Shown one piece after another: positions 13,427 to 26,229 of a stretch of 64,000 bases of DNA (within the stretch, counting starts at the first letter, position 1; the number at the start of each line of letters is the position of its first letter). Both the position numbers and the translations under genes were made by a program. This stretch comes from Podarcis pityusensis (taxonomy: Eukaryota), in NCBI GenBank assembly GCA_964106645.2, contig OZ067047.1. One strand, 5' to 3'. Below the pieces are notes generated by a model. The model had not been told where the DNA came from. It did not search any database and saw nothing but the letters and a program-made list of their open reading frames with translations.

Positions 13427-13612
13427 CATCTGGGAGATCATAGGCCAAGCTGATGGTGGCCTGTCTGTGTTGAGGACATTCCGGCTACTGAGGGTGTTGA
13501 AGCTGGTGAGGTTCATGCCTGCCTTGCGGCGTCAGCTGGTGGTGCTCATGAAGACCATGGACAATGTCGCTACCTTCTGCATGCTCCTCATGCTGTTTAT
13601 CTTTATATTCAG
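13427..13612 (+). CDS. CACNA1I: Exon ~12, DII S3-S4-S5 ([28 protein letters not shown]...)
   Basis: ttgtag|C ... AG|gtgaaa, 186 nt, S4 arginine repeat. Confidence 0.96.
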
Positions 13613-14064
13613 GTGAAAAGAGGGATTCCAGGGTGCAGGGACACTATCCAGAATGAGATCCATTTTACTTGTTCAGTCACAAGAAAGGATGTTTGTTTGT
13701 TTGTTAAAACTTGCTGTGTTAAGGGGGAAAACACTTTTCAAGGCAGCTTTGCAAAACTCAAAACACAGGAAATTATTATTACACCACACACACACACACA
13801 CACACACACCAGCAGTACAAATCAGCTAAATGCAGACTTCTGTCTTCAGAGTTTTGTTTTGCTCAGCAGTGATAATGCCATGGGAAGGGAATTCCAAAAG
13901 TGTGGGGTCACCACTAACAAAGCCCCTGCCCATCACCACCAGCCTAATGGGTCTCACTGGTGGGCTGGTGAGCAAGGTCTCAGGTGCTGGTGTTGACGTA
14001 TTAGCTGTCTTTCAGATAACATAGTCCCAAACTAGTTAGGGTTTTACAGTATATGCTAAAACAA

Positions 14065-14360
14065 GCACCTTGAATTGGGCCTGGAAATGAAAAAGTAGCC
14101 AATGTAACTGATGCAGCATTGGTGTAATATGATCTCGATGTCTTAGCAGCCACATTCTGTGCCAGCAGCATTTTCCAAACAGTCTTTAAGGGCAGCCCCA
14201 CACAGTTCATTACAGCAATATAACCTGGTTGTAAAAAGCCATGCATCGCTGTGGCTAGGTCAGGTTTCTCTAGCTAGGGCCACAGCTGCCAAACTAACCT
14301 AAACTGATAAAAAGCACCCTTGGCAACCAACATCACAACCAAAAGCACCAAGTCCAGGCT
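14065..14360 (-). mobile_element. Old L2 ORF fragment
   Basis: Minus strand gives GLPLKTV, LAQNVAA and a degraded LHWLP region. Confidence 0.6.
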
Positions 14361-14552
14361 GTATTTAAAGGGAAAAAATTGTTGTGAACTCTCTCTGCTC
14401 TCTGTGCCTTCCTTTTGAGAGTCATGTGCAATTAAACACTGTTTCTGTGCCCTTAATGGAAAACAATGTGCAATAATGCCGGGATCTGAACAATTCAGGA
14501 AATCACCAATTAAAATGACAGTTCACAAAATCAAGATAAATGCAAAGTAGCT

Positions 14553-15017
14553 AGTCAGGAAACCCTGAACTGCTGCGCTAACAGAAATGTGCAGGTAGAG
14601 GAACAGACGTTCAAACCCTTTAAGTACGGGTTTTGCTGACAGTTACCCAGGGTTAACAACAGACAGAGCATTTTTCCCCGGAATAAAAAGGAAAACAAAT
14701 TCACGGTGAACGAGCCTGGGATAAATGGGATTAGAACTAGTAATCTAAGTCGCAAATGAGTGACCCATGACCCAGCAATATGGTGGAGTCTGGGGTTCTG
14801 CTACAGCCTCCAAACTGGAGTCTGAGGAAGGCAAGGCAGCCTCTTCCAGCCAGAGAGGCACTGGCATGACAGGTTCTCCTGGTGCTAGAATTCCTAATGA
14901 GGGAAGGACACCAAAGGCTGGTTCTGAGGGCAAATCCTCCTCTCAGTCCAAGATGTTCCCTATATCCATGACCTCTTCTTCTGGGGGTGAGGAGGCAGAG
15001 CTCTGGGTCTTGTGACA
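14553..15017. mobile_element. Solo-LTR-like element (465 bp)
   Basis: (A)GTCA...TGACA termini, near-match 4-bp TSD agct/agcc, AATAAA at 14682. Confidence 0.55.
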
Positions 15018-15154
15018 AGCCATATATGTATTGCCCCAGTTTCTTTAGTAGAAGGATAGGATACATATGTGGTAAATAAATAAGAACATTTCAATAATGA
15101 AAATTACAGCAGAAATGTGTTGATTTAAAAATAAAAAACTGTTCTTTCCAACAG

Positions 15155-15272
15155 CATCCTGGGAATGCACATCTTTGGATGTAAATTCAGCCTCAGGACT
15201 GACACAGGAGACACAGTCCCTGACCGGAAGAATTTTGACTCCCTACTTTGGGCTATTGTCACAGTGTTCCAG
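15155..15272 (+). CDS. CACNA1I: Exon ~13, DII S5-P ([11 protein letters not shown]...[17 protein letters not shown])
   Basis: caacag|C ... CAG|gtgaga, 118 nt. Confidence 0.96.
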
Positions 15273-15738
15273 GTGAGACCAAGAAATAGGAAAAGGGAAT
15301 AAGGGGATGAGAAGGAGGCATGTCTTCCCAGAAACAAGGAGTGATTAAAGGAAAGGATAGGCTTTGAACCATCAGGCTTGTGGGCCTGCTGCTATGCTTA
15401 ACACCATACCATCAGTTGCAACCCCCTAATGATCGTGAGTGCAGCTTGGCCCACTGGTAAGGGAGCCACAGTGTTTCTGCTACTCTACAATGAACTGTAA
15501 ATGACAACCCACTACATTTCAGAGAGTGCTTGTGGCATTGGAACAGCACAACACAGCCAACGCATTTCCTCAGGGGGGAAAAAATATATCATGACCAAAA
15601 CAGGAAAAAGTTCGTGCATATGAGCGGGCTGAAAAGGATAAAACTAATTAGATACTTTTTACCTGTCAGTTAACGTATTTTCCAGCCTGCATTTTTTGTT
15701 CTTGATTTGACTTTGCAAGCTTGGGTTCTGTGTTACAG

Positions 15739-15894
15739 ATCTTGACTCAGGAGGACTGGAATGTTGTGCTCTACAATGGCATGGCCTCAACTTCTCCATG
15801 GGCATCTCTTTACTTTGTGGCTCTCATGACATTTGGCAATTATGTTCTGTTCAATCTGCTGGTGGCCATCTTGGTGGAGGGATTCCAGGCCGAG
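15739..15894 (+). CDS. CACNA1I: Exon ~14, DII pore loop and S6 (ILTQEDWN...EGFQAE)
   Basis: ttacag|ATC ... GAG|gtgagt, 156 nt, filter Glu. Confidence 0.96.
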
Positions 15895-16274
15895 GTGAGT
15901 TGCTACAGTAGCTGCTTTCAGGGAGGGTATGGCACACATCTATAGCTGGTTGGGGATATAGCCTGAAGGGCTTAGAAAGGGTGGCAAGGCATCCCATGTC
16001 CAGTGATCTTCTAAGGAACGTGTTTGTGGAGGGTAGTTTTCAAAGCAACTGCAAGAAAAGCAAGGAAATGTGCCATTACATGGCCTGGACACTAAGGTAT
16101 CGTCTCTTCTGTGCAGTGGCAGGTCAGCTAATGATTTCCATAAAGTAGTTTGCCTTGCCTTGGAAATTCCCTACCAAGCTGAAGCCACAAAATGCTGGAA
16201 TCACAGGGAAGCACCTCCTTTGCTCTCAGGATGCTCACAATTCCCAGGTCTTTGATTTTATTTTCCCAATGCAG

Positions 16275-16356
16275 GGTGATGCTAACCGATCATATTCAGA
16301 TGACGATCAGAGTTCATCAAACAATGAGGAGTTTGACAAATTCCAAGATGGCTCGG
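16275..16356 (+). CDS. CACNA1I: Exon ~15, II-III loop (GDANRSYSDDDQSSSNNEEFDKFQDGS)
   Basis: atgcag|GGT ... G|gtaaga, 82 nt, phase 0 to 1. Confidence 0.93.
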
Positions 16357-16717
16357 GTAAGAGAAGGTGGTATAGGAATTCTACATGACTATAACTGCAG
16401 TGAGAACCGCTGCATGAAATCTAATTTGTGAATATATTGGTTTTCATGAGAGTAGCAAAATAAAGTCTATTACTTAATATTGCCCATTTTCCCTATTTCT
16501 CAAGATTGGCTGCAATTCTGGCTTATTAGCATAACTACCTTGCAACTTTGAATTAGGCTGCAATCGTAGTGGCTTACCTGGGAGTAATCCCCATTGATCT
16601 CAGTAGGTCTTACTTTTGATTGCCTTGTAAAAGCGGAATAATCTTGGATCCTACTTACAGTTGTGTTGGTCTCTGCTTTTATATGTGAAAACATAACATA
16701 TTGGAAAGTTCCCTCCT

Positions 16718-16915
16718 TAGGAACATAAGAAGCTGCCTTATACTGAGTGAGACCATTGGTCCATTTAGTTCAGTAATGTCTACACTGGATTGACAGTGGC
16801 TCTCCAGAGTTGCAGGCAGGATTCTCTGTCTTAGCCATATCTGGAGACACTGGGGATCAAACTAGGACTTTCTGCATACAAAGCAGTTTCTCTACCACTG
16901 AGCTACAGCTTTCCC
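16718..16915 (-). mobile_element. tRNA-derived SINE (Squam3-like)
   Basis: Reverse complement of the 882 and 50148 copies. Confidence 0.8.
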
Positions 16916-18597
16916 TTTTCATCTTCCTCTTCCCCAAATGTGCTCTGAGTCCACAGCAATGGACACTTCAAATGCATTTGCATTTCTAATAGTAAAAGGC
17001 AAAGCTATTGCAATGTTTTTCACTAAAGGATTTTGGTGCCTTTTGGACACGCTGTGGCCCAGATCCTGTCACTTCTCTTTGAAAGGCAACAGTGATGTCC
17101 TAGACAGGCTTGGCGAAATCAGGATACTTGGCTTTTCTACTCGACCTCATAGGAACTAGGATAACAATGATGAAGATGTTCAAGCTGCTGATGGAACTGG
17201 GCTCCCACACTGAGTTTCAATCAAACCCCTAGTGTTCAAATCACACAAAGCACATCAGACGGAAATAAAAAATCTGTGTAAAATACCCTGTGGCTACTGA
17301 TTTGACTTGACAAAAGGTTGGATTCAAACATCAGTAAAATCAGCCAAAAGACAGGATGGCAGAATTTTGTTTGTGTGATAGCCAAAGCAATGCCCTCTGC
17401 ACTTCTTTGAGAATACTGCAAATTGCCCTTAACACAAACAGCTGTAAATGCCAGTTACAAGCCTGCATATTCTTATTAAGGACCACAGTGAAGAGGGGGA
17501 AGTTTGGGGTTTAAAGAAAGTGATGGGGGCAACTTACCATGGAAATGCACGCCAGTCAGGCACCCTTACTACATTGGAGTGGTACTTGAAGAGAGAACAT
17601 AAAGCATAGATCAAGTTTCCCTTTGAGCCAGAAATTGCATTTTACCTTTGTGTTGTGAGCAATGATCTTTTCTCTTTACCATATGGCAGCACCCAATAGT
17701 GTGTACCATTCTAAAGATACATCTCTGCCTCTCCTTCTGGACTTCAGTTTTTATTCGCTGCTGGTTTGTAGGGTGCCCAACCTGGAGGGAACTTCACTGG
17801 TTGTCTGCTTGCTTCAGAACCTCAAAGCCCCTCATATTGCTGATGGGTTTCCAAGGGCAAATGGCTCAATAGGTGCTCTGCTTCCAGGGGAGTCAGGACA
17901 TATCTGGTAGTAGATAGATTCCCAGATGCAAATGAAAAGAGACTTGCTGGTGTTGGTCTGAGGACACAGAGGTGGCTCTCAAACGTAGGATACAAAACAG
18001 CTTGTCACGGATTGGTTAATGTCTTCATCGGTTTCTCTCAATTTTACTATATTCTCCTTTTGTAATGTGTGCCTGCTGCAGGAACAAAGCTACAGCTGCC
18101 TTCGATTTGAAAGCAGGGAGGGGGGTATCATCAGTCATTGCAGTTTTGCTTCTTTCCATGTATGTGAATATTAAGCTGCTCACACTAAGGATAGCTATTG
18201 CTACTGCATCAGTTCTCCTCCTGCTGTAGTGGAGTGCCTACTTCAAGAATCTTCTTTGCTAAGCTTTTGGGCAATAAAGAATAAGCTTTACTTTCTCCCA
18301 AGGAGAACGTTTCCAGGCTTTAATGGGAAAAGTATGAAGCACTGTCAATGCAGAAGCTATTAGGTGATGGAGGAGAAGGATACTTTTTGTTCTCCCATAT
18401 TGTTCTCCCAATTTCCTAGAGGCATTGCTTTGGAGATAGTGCCAAAGTCTGAATCTATGTATGTGGAATTTATGTACGAGCACAGTTCCTTCAAGTTCAC
18501 TATATATCTAAAAGCACGTGAATGCATTTATTGAAGAGCTCTCTGGGTGGAAAACGGAATGTCCTTTGCTCTCTTTCCTTTGCATTTTTCTGCTCAG

Positions 18598-18770
18598 ATC
18601 CAAAGCTTTGTGCAATTCCCATGACCCCAAATGGACATCTTGACCCCAGCCTTCCGTGTCTCAACCAGCCTGGAGCAGCTGCTGGAATTCCCAACCCTTC
18701 CCGAAATACTCTGCAGCCTGACCAAGTCCTCATGGCCCTCGAATCCAGGAAAAGCAGTGTGATGTCTCTG
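18598..18770 (+). CDS. CACNA1I: Exon ~16, II-III loop (DPKLCAIPMTPNGHL...RKSSVMSL)
   Basis: gctcag|AT ... CTG|gtgggt, 173 nt; 3' boundary chosen to keep phase 0 with the next exon. Confidence 0.85.
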
Positions 18771-19048
18771 GTGGGTGAATTTAAATCTAGGTGTAGGACA
18801 TGTTGCCTAAAGCCAACATACTACAATGATTTCCAGTCCTAGCACCTGAGAATAAGATCGTTTACTTTATGGTACCAGAGAATAAGTTCTTCTACATTCA
18901 GAGCATGTTCTCTGGTACTGAGCTATTGCTTCCTCTCAAGCTTGCCATTGGCTACATTTTCCAACACCCCTCAACTCATATGTACTCTAGCTTAAGCAAC
19001 ATCTCTCTTAATCCAAACCTTAATCCAAACTCCAGCTTCAGTTCAAAT

Positions 19049-19270
19049 GTAAGAAGAACACTGGTGGATCAGACCAAAACATCCTGTTACCCTCAGAGGC
19101 CAGTCAGGTGTCTTTGAGAAGCCCATAAGCAGATTGAGGGAGTGATAGCCCTATTCTCCTGCTGTTCCCTAGTGACTGGCATCCAGAGACATGTTGCATC
19201 TGGTCCTGTAGATAATCTATAGCCATCCTGACTAGTAGCCATTGAAAGCTGTATCTTCCATGAATTTCTG
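19049..19270 (-). mobile_element. CR1-like LINE 3' fragment
   Basis: Similar to the reverse complement of 53340-53568 and 37478-37617. Confidence 0.55.
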
Positions 19271-19700
19271 CTCCACATCCTCCATGGTTTTCCAGCACTT
19301 GTTGTCCCCACTGTTAGAATGTGCAAGATCCATTTCCCTTCCAGCCCTATGGAAATGGATAAGAGTAGTGCTGGGTGGTTGGGTCTTGATGAAGGAAAGC
19401 AGTGCTCCTGGTGGGTGACAGCCAATGTATGCTGTGATTTAGTTATTACGATGACCAAGCCAAAACAATATACCTCTAATTTACAGTTAAAAGAGCTTGA
19501 AGTAAAAGCAACTAGTTTGAAGTAAGTTATTGTTCCATTGTAATTTTAATGATCTGTGTTGATTCTGAGCTGCCTCATGTGATTTTCCTAATGAAAGATG
19601 GTCTAAAAACATTCTTAATAAATAAATGGCTGAGGTTGTTGACTTGTGCTGCTTTCCTATTTGGGTGGGGGTGCTGAACCCTCTCTTGGATTTATTGCAG

Positions 19701-20120
19701 TCTAGCTCTCGTAGTTCTCATTACGGTGCCTGGAGCCGGACTGGGGGCTGGGGGAGCCGCCGCTCCAGCTGGAACAGCCTCGCCCGGGGACACAGCCTCA
19801 AGCACAAGCCTCCTTCAGCTGAGCACGAGTCCCTCTTATCCGGGGAACGACACAGGGCATCAGAGGGTGAACAGGAAGGGCTTGTGAGAGTTCACCACCA
19901 TCGGCGAACCCTCTCCTTGGACACCAAAGGCTCCTCTGAACTGGTGGAGTTGGCACCCACGGTCCTATCCAATCACAGGCCTTTGCGGAAAATGGGTGTG
20001 ACCACAGGGCCCAGTGAGCACCAGAACTGCAATGGCAAAATGCCCAACATTGCTAAGGATATGTTCCCAGAAATGAACAACCGCAAAGACCATGGAGAAG
20101 ACGAGGAGGAGATAGACTAT
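19701..20120 (+). CDS. CACNA1I: Exon ~17, II-III loop (SSSRSSHYG...EDEEEIDY)
   Basis: ttgcag|TCT ... TAT|gtaagt, 420 nt. Confidence 0.94.
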
Positions 20121-21852
20121 GTAAGTAGTTGCTTCCCCCACTAAAGGGGCATTAGGACTTTGTAGAGTTCAGGAGAACCATCATAGCAGATAAGAGGGTG
20201 AGTTGGGCCAGCCCAGAACTTCCTGGCTGTACTGTGCAAAGAGAGATCACAGTGAAGCTCTAACAGAACCCTTTCCAAAACTTCTCCTCCCATGAAATGC
20301 TTTTCATGTCATGTTCTCTGAAAAGAACATTGTGTTCTGTGACTTTGTGTTGCAGTTCTTCAATTAAATAATGCATACCAAGGAAGGAAATAGTAGGTAA
20401 AAATGTACATAAGAATGCATATATTAGTGAAAATACCATATGAAAACGCATTCTACTCAGGAAAATTGCCTATTGGAATGTGTATATCAGGCAAAATTTT
20501 ATACCAGCACATGTATGTTAGGAGAAATTTGCATTAGAATGCTGAACAGTTTTCATGATATATATATATTTTTACAAAAATCACAAACTGATACAGAAAT
20601 GTGGAGCACTGAACTTGACAACAGGAAAAAAATAGAAACTGAGAGAGACAAAAATTGAGACATTTGCCCTTCCCTAGTGGTGAGTGAGCTATCTTCCAGG
20701 AAGATTTGCCTATTCTGATCTTCTCATTGAAGAGTGATCAGCTTTTGAAGAACTCTATAGAACTCTATGGTTCCCCAGATTTCCCAAGCCATAGACTCTT
20801 CTGGCATTATTTAATTGGTTTCAGAGTGCTTCTGCCACCTTTCAGGGCACACTGCCCACGCAAGGCAGCTTACAAGACATGAAAATTCAATCTCTGTCAT
20901 ACACCAAGAACAGCTAAGAATCCCACCCACAAGTACAGCAGAATCCTATCAAACTTCATAGGTTTTCTTGTTTTTTAAAGATCAGCAGTGATTAGGCTTT
21001 ACGTGTATCTCTCTGAAGCCCTGTCCTTAGCCTGAGTCTTGTCTGAAATTCCAGATGTGTTAGTAGAATATTTCCTCTTATACTACATCTCAGACTCTCC
21101 TTTATATTTTTGGCATTAGGAACATCCCCATGGATACCTGCATGCCTGTAACTGTGTCTCTCTATTACTTATGGAATAGGCAATATTAGTAAGAATGCAC
21201 AAACCTCTGATGTAGCCAATGCTTTATGCAATGTTACTTCAAATTGAGTCTGATTCCCCGAGACTTACTCCCAACACCCAAGTAAGGGTGCTCAGGATTC
21301 AGTCTCGGCTACATAAAATTCTCTCTCGAAGGGACTCGATGGATTTCACCAGGTGTGAAATGTCAGTATCAATAAGGGACATTTGGGGGTTTTCTCGGTA
21401 GAAGGCAATGCTCTGAGCTGTTTCAGTAGCCCATGGCTGTTAGTAGTTTTAAGTGTTGCCCAATCAGCAAAGCTTTCTTTCAGTCTAAGTCAGAATGGCA
21501 GTGCTGATTCTCTACTTTCTAGGAGGTAAATTAGTTCATTAATCCTGCCATGGTGCTTGCAGTTGGCTCTGATGACCTTGAAGTTCTCTTTTCAGCCCTT
21601 CAGTTTTATGTCAGATCAGAGAGAAACTTCTGAATGCTCTGTCCATGCCATCATCGTCTCCCACAGCTGTGATTTCAAGTCATTTTCTTACCCTGCATGA
21701 GGCATGGTGGGTAGTGAATGATCCATATAGATGAAGAACCTGTAATTGGGAGGTTTCTCAGTTTTTGGTTTGCAAGGCGTTAAAGGAGTCTTGCTCGTGT
21801 GGGGAAAGTGAAGAAGGCGGCAACTTCTTATGTTCTGCCTCGCTTTTCACAG

Positions 21853-21953
21853 AGCCTGTGTTTCCGTATCAAAAAGATGATAGAGGCCTACAAGCCAGAC
21901 TGGTGTGAGTTGCGTGAAGACTGGTCCATCTACCTTTTCTCACCACAAAACAG
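21853..21953 (+). CDS. CACNA1I: Exon ~18 (SLCFRIKKM...YLFSPQNR)
   Basis: tcacag|AGC ... AG|gtatgt, 101 nt. Confidence 0.95.
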
Positions 21954-22104
21954 GTATGTGTCCTTTACTTTTGCTTATGTTTGTGGGGGATGGGGGATGG
22001 GCAAATTGGGGTGGGATACTACCATGCTGCCTTGAATTTTTTGCATTTACCTTCAATCACACCTGCACATCTTTTAGAGCACATGGTTGGTTTATGCATT
22101 ACAT

Positions 22105-22763
22105 CATGGGTAGTCAAACTAAGGCCCTGGGGTCGTATCTGGCCCAATCGCCTTCTAAATCCGGCCCATGGACGGTCTGGGAATCAGCGTGTTTTTAAAT
22201 GAGTAGAACGTGTGCTTTTACTTAAAATGCATCTCTGGGTTTTTTGTGGGGCATAGGAATTCGTTCATTCCCCCCCAGCGGCGTAGCGTGGGTTGTCAGC
22301 ACCCAGGGCAAGGCAAGTAATTTGCGCCCCCTAACCCCTAACCTGCCACCGCTGCCAGCTTCTTCTTGCTGCTGCCTGGTCTGGTCTGGTGTGGTTCTCT
22401 CCCGCGCTCAGCGCTGCGCTGGGTGGCCGCTGCACTGTCCCTCCCCCAGATAGTCCCTCGCTCTCTCTCCGCACCGCACGCCTGGCACCCACCCCCTCCA
22501 CAGTGGGCGGCGACCCAACGGCTCGGATCGGATTCGCACAGCCAGCACTGCAGTGAGAGAGAGTGAGTGAGCCAGGTAGGGGCAAAGAGCTGCGAGTGCG
22601 AGCACGCCCCCCCCCAGATGTTACGCCCGGTGCGGCTGGCCCCCCCTGCACCCCCCACGCTACGCCACTGTTCCCCCCTCCAAAAAAAGAAATATAGTCC
22701 GGCCCCCCACAAGGTCTGAGGGACAGTAGACCGGCTCCTGCTGAAAAAGTTTGGAGACCCCTG
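22105..22763. mobile_element. hAT-type MITE (host of nested insertion)
   Basis: Perfect 8-bp TSD CATTACAT (22097-104, 22764-771); degenerate TIR catgggtagtcaaact / agtttggagacccctg. Confidence 0.85.
22276..22670. mobile_element. Young CpG-rich hAT-type MITE nested in the previous element
   Basis: 17-bp TIR CAG(C/T)GGCGTAGCGTGGG, perfect 8-bp TSD TTCCCCCC. Confidence 0.88.
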
Positions 22764-23130
22764 CATTACATTATCAGACATACACCATGATGTATTTTTT
22801 AGCAATATTGCACTACTGTATCTTCTTTTCACAATACGTTCTGCGTTATTTTGCAAAGCTTATAGCAGCAGAGGAAATTATTCCAGCTCTCAAATTTACT
22901 ACTATTTATTATTAATAAAATGGGAGAGTCTCAAAGTTTGCCATGAGGCAATACTAATTAAATCAGTTGCACAGTCTTCAAGTGGAACCAAAAGAATTTT
23001 GAACGGGAGGTTTAACAGCTAAAGTTTCAGGGCGTAATTTTATCATCTTCCACTTCCCCCAAACCTTCTCACTACCCCTATCATCCCTTAGAAACATACG
23101 CACTTCACAAACAAGTGAACTGTCTTTCAG

Positions 23131-23254
23131 ATTTCGTATCCTCTGTCAAACTATCATCGCCCATAAGCTGTTTGATTACATTGTCCTGGCCTTCATTTTC
23201 CTGAACTGCATCACTATTGCCCTGGAGAGACCACAGATTGAACAGAGAAGCACA
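23131..23254 (+). CDS. CACNA1I: Exon ~19, DIII S1 ([16 protein letters not shown]...[10 protein letters not shown])
   Basis: tttcag|A ... ACA|gtaagt, 124 nt; missed by the ORF track. Confidence 0.95.
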
Positions 23255-25128
23255 GTAAGTACTATAACCTGTTCAGATGGACCATAGAATCTTAGGGGAG
23301 CTTTTGTGGGGCAGCTACACAAATGCTTTCAACAGTGCACCTTGATGCATGTGTGAAGAAAAGCTGGTTGTCTTTCTTAAAGTCTGTCACTAAAATGATC
23401 ATATTTACCGTTTTTTGAAACTTCCAAAAGCATTTTTTATATGTTGGTAAAAATTGTGGACTTTCCATTTTTCAGAAGCAGCGTTTCAGGGGCAGAGGAT
23501 TGTTTTCATTTGTGTTCATGTACAGTTGTGAGAATCGGCATATAAATAGAGGCGGATTTAGGGCATCATGCCTGGTTCCCCTGCACTGGACACCAAGCCG
23601 GGGGGGGGGGGGCGCCGCAGGGCATCACCACTATGACACAGTGTGCACACAGAGCAGAAAGTGAGAGGCAGCGGAGGCACAGAATGTTGACCTCACACAG
23701 GGCACTACTGAAATTTGAAAGACCAAAGTCCACCCTTGACACAAAAGATGGATTTGAAAGACTTGGGGGTATCAACACTCTTTGCTTATACATGGCTTGT
23801 TTGCAAGAGTGCATATAGTATTAGTTGCAGATTAGCTAGCAGACCTTCTGCAAAGTATCTTGAGAACACACCTATGGTTTAGAGCAGGTGTGGGGAACCC
23901 TTGGTCCATAAGCCAGATGTGCAGCAGTCAAATTCCACCTGGCCCTTGGAGTTCCATCTGCCTTCCATTCAGTGAGGAGGAGCCAAGAGGAAAAAGAGAT
24001 CTGATGGCATGCAAAATGTGCATTTGCAGCTCTTTCCTTTGGAAGAAGCTCCAAGCAGAGGAGAAAAGGTATCAGCAGAGAGGTAGACTGGTGTTCCTTG
24101 CAAATATGCAAAAAGTCATTCATGCATTTTGCATTTTTCAATTGCATGCATACAACTTTCAGGATGCAGCTGAAGTTTGAAGCTTTGAACAGCTGTTAAG
24201 GCAGGACTGGCAGTTCAGCTCTGCATTGACTTTATTTGCATTCTTGTGGGATTGCAGAGTTCTTTTTACCTTTTGCACAATTAGGACATAGAAAGGATAT
24301 TGGAGAGCCTTTTCTTTTTTTTACAAACTTGATAAAACAAGTCTATGGAGAAAATGGAAAGTGAAACTTGAGTAGTTTTACTAAGAATTAAATGTATGTC
24401 TCTGTTTCCATTGGAAGCAGCTTTGTATATGTGTGATTGCATGTATGTGTCTCTGTGTGAGTCTCTGTGTGAGCTTGGGCCTGCCACTACTAGTATGCAG
24501 CCCTAAATACCCTTTTACCAGGGTAATTTGGCACTCTGCCTGAAAAGGGCCCCCTGTCCTGAGTTAGAATGATGATATTTCTCATCTGTGTTAGTAATTG
24601 TCAGAATATTTATTTTAGATAAATGTGTGTGACATAAAAGAGCACATGCTCGTAAAATACTTTAGCCATTCAAATGAAATCCTTGACAATATATTCTATG
24701 TGAAGAAAACGCTTCCTATCTAAAACTTCAGAATGGTACTTCCTTACATTACTAGAACAGCAACCAATGATGGTGAAAAATGAGGAAAACACTTATCTTT
24801 CTCATGTATTGGAAATCTATACACCTGCCAATAAGAGGGAAACTCATTGTCTACACGACAACACTGAAGATGAAAGTTAGATAAGATGGTTTATCTGTGT
24901 GCTTTGGGGATTAGCTTTTAAATGTATAATCAGGAGAACATACACACTGAAGACTGTTTTCACATTCCTGAGACGAGGCTTGCGAAATTCCACATATGAA
25001 CCTTGGGCACATAGCAGGCAGCACTTTCCAGCTCATGGTAAACTGTGTGAACAAGCCTCCCTTCTGCACATGTGGGTCCAGGTGGGTTTGCAGTGACAAG
25101 ATAACAGTCCAGTGTTGTGCCCGGTCGT

Positions 25129-25322
25129 GGGGGGAACCATAGCATAGTGACAGAGGACACACTTTGAATGCAGAAGGCTCCAAATTCAATCCCTGACATC
25201 TCTAGTTAAAAGGCTCACCTGGCAAGTAATGAGAAGGTCCTCTGCATGAGACCTGGGAGAGCTGCTGCTGGGCCAAATGAACATCTATATATGTTGCTGT
25301 TATAAGGCAGTTTCCTATGTTC
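25129..25322 (+). mobile_element. tRNA-derived SINE (Squam3-like)
   Basis: tRNA-like head, tataaggcagtttcctatgttc tail. Confidence 0.72.
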
Positions 25323-26160
25323 TGTGAACAGTTTGCCACAACCACAGAAGAGCCACATACTTGACGTGATTGCTATGAGCACCATCTCCCTGAGGATTCT
25401 ATTCAGTGGTGTAACAGTTCACAAGTGGGGGGCATGTTCACAACTGTGGCTCAATATGCAGCAGGTTCATTTCCCCCCTGCTGCATTTTAAGCTGCATTT
25501 GCACAGTTCGCATCAGAGACAGGATGGGGCATTACCTGTTTGGTTTCCTCACCCCTGCAACCCCCCTCCCCCAGAACTCCCATTTATGAAGCTGTCATCT
25601 GTGCATGCACAAGGGCTATTAGGGCATGGTCACATGACTGCTAATCCTGCGTCTAGTTTTCTAGTCAAATTGAAGCTGCTTTGAGGAGGAGACGCATCAA
25701 ATAGCAGTATTTGTCAACAAAGTATAGGGTCAGCATGGATTGTGGTTCATGTCATGGGAATGTGACTTCTAAAACTAGCAGCTGGAGCGCACTGGATGCA
25801 GAGTAACTGGCAATGTGACCATGCCCTGAGCTGTGTTTGTATCTTTTTTTTTAGGTATTTGTGAATGTAAATGAAAAGAAAACCTCAGTCGCTGGCCTGT
25901 TCACATTCATTTTTTATTTCTACCACATCCACTAGGAACTGATTGGGCCACAACGGTAGACTAGGAAGGACGACAACATATTATAATGTACTTGAGATGC
26001 TGGATAGGGTGATGCTTTTGGCAGCTGACCTTAAAGTACCCTAGACTTTTAGATCCACCTGGCTCTTAGCAACCAAGTAGGATTTGCCAAGCTCGTTGCA
26101 ATGACTCAAACTGCAGTGCTCTTGCTAGATACATTCTGAGGCTGCCTTTGATTATTCCAG

Positions 26161-26229
26161 GAGAGAATCTTCCTTACGGTATCCAATTACATCTTCACAG
26201 CGATCTTCGTTGCTGAGATGACACTGAAA
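26161..26229 (+). CDS. CACNA1I: Exon ~20, DIII S2 (ERIFLTVSNYIFTAIFVAEMTLK)
   Basis: ttccag|GAG ... AAA|gtaagt, 69 nt. Confidence 0.95.

Noticed and set aside
19487-19521. 35-nt ag...gtaagt segment as the missing exon 16 microexon
   Set aside because: Out of frame and unlike GRMSYDQRSL; poor pyrimidine tract
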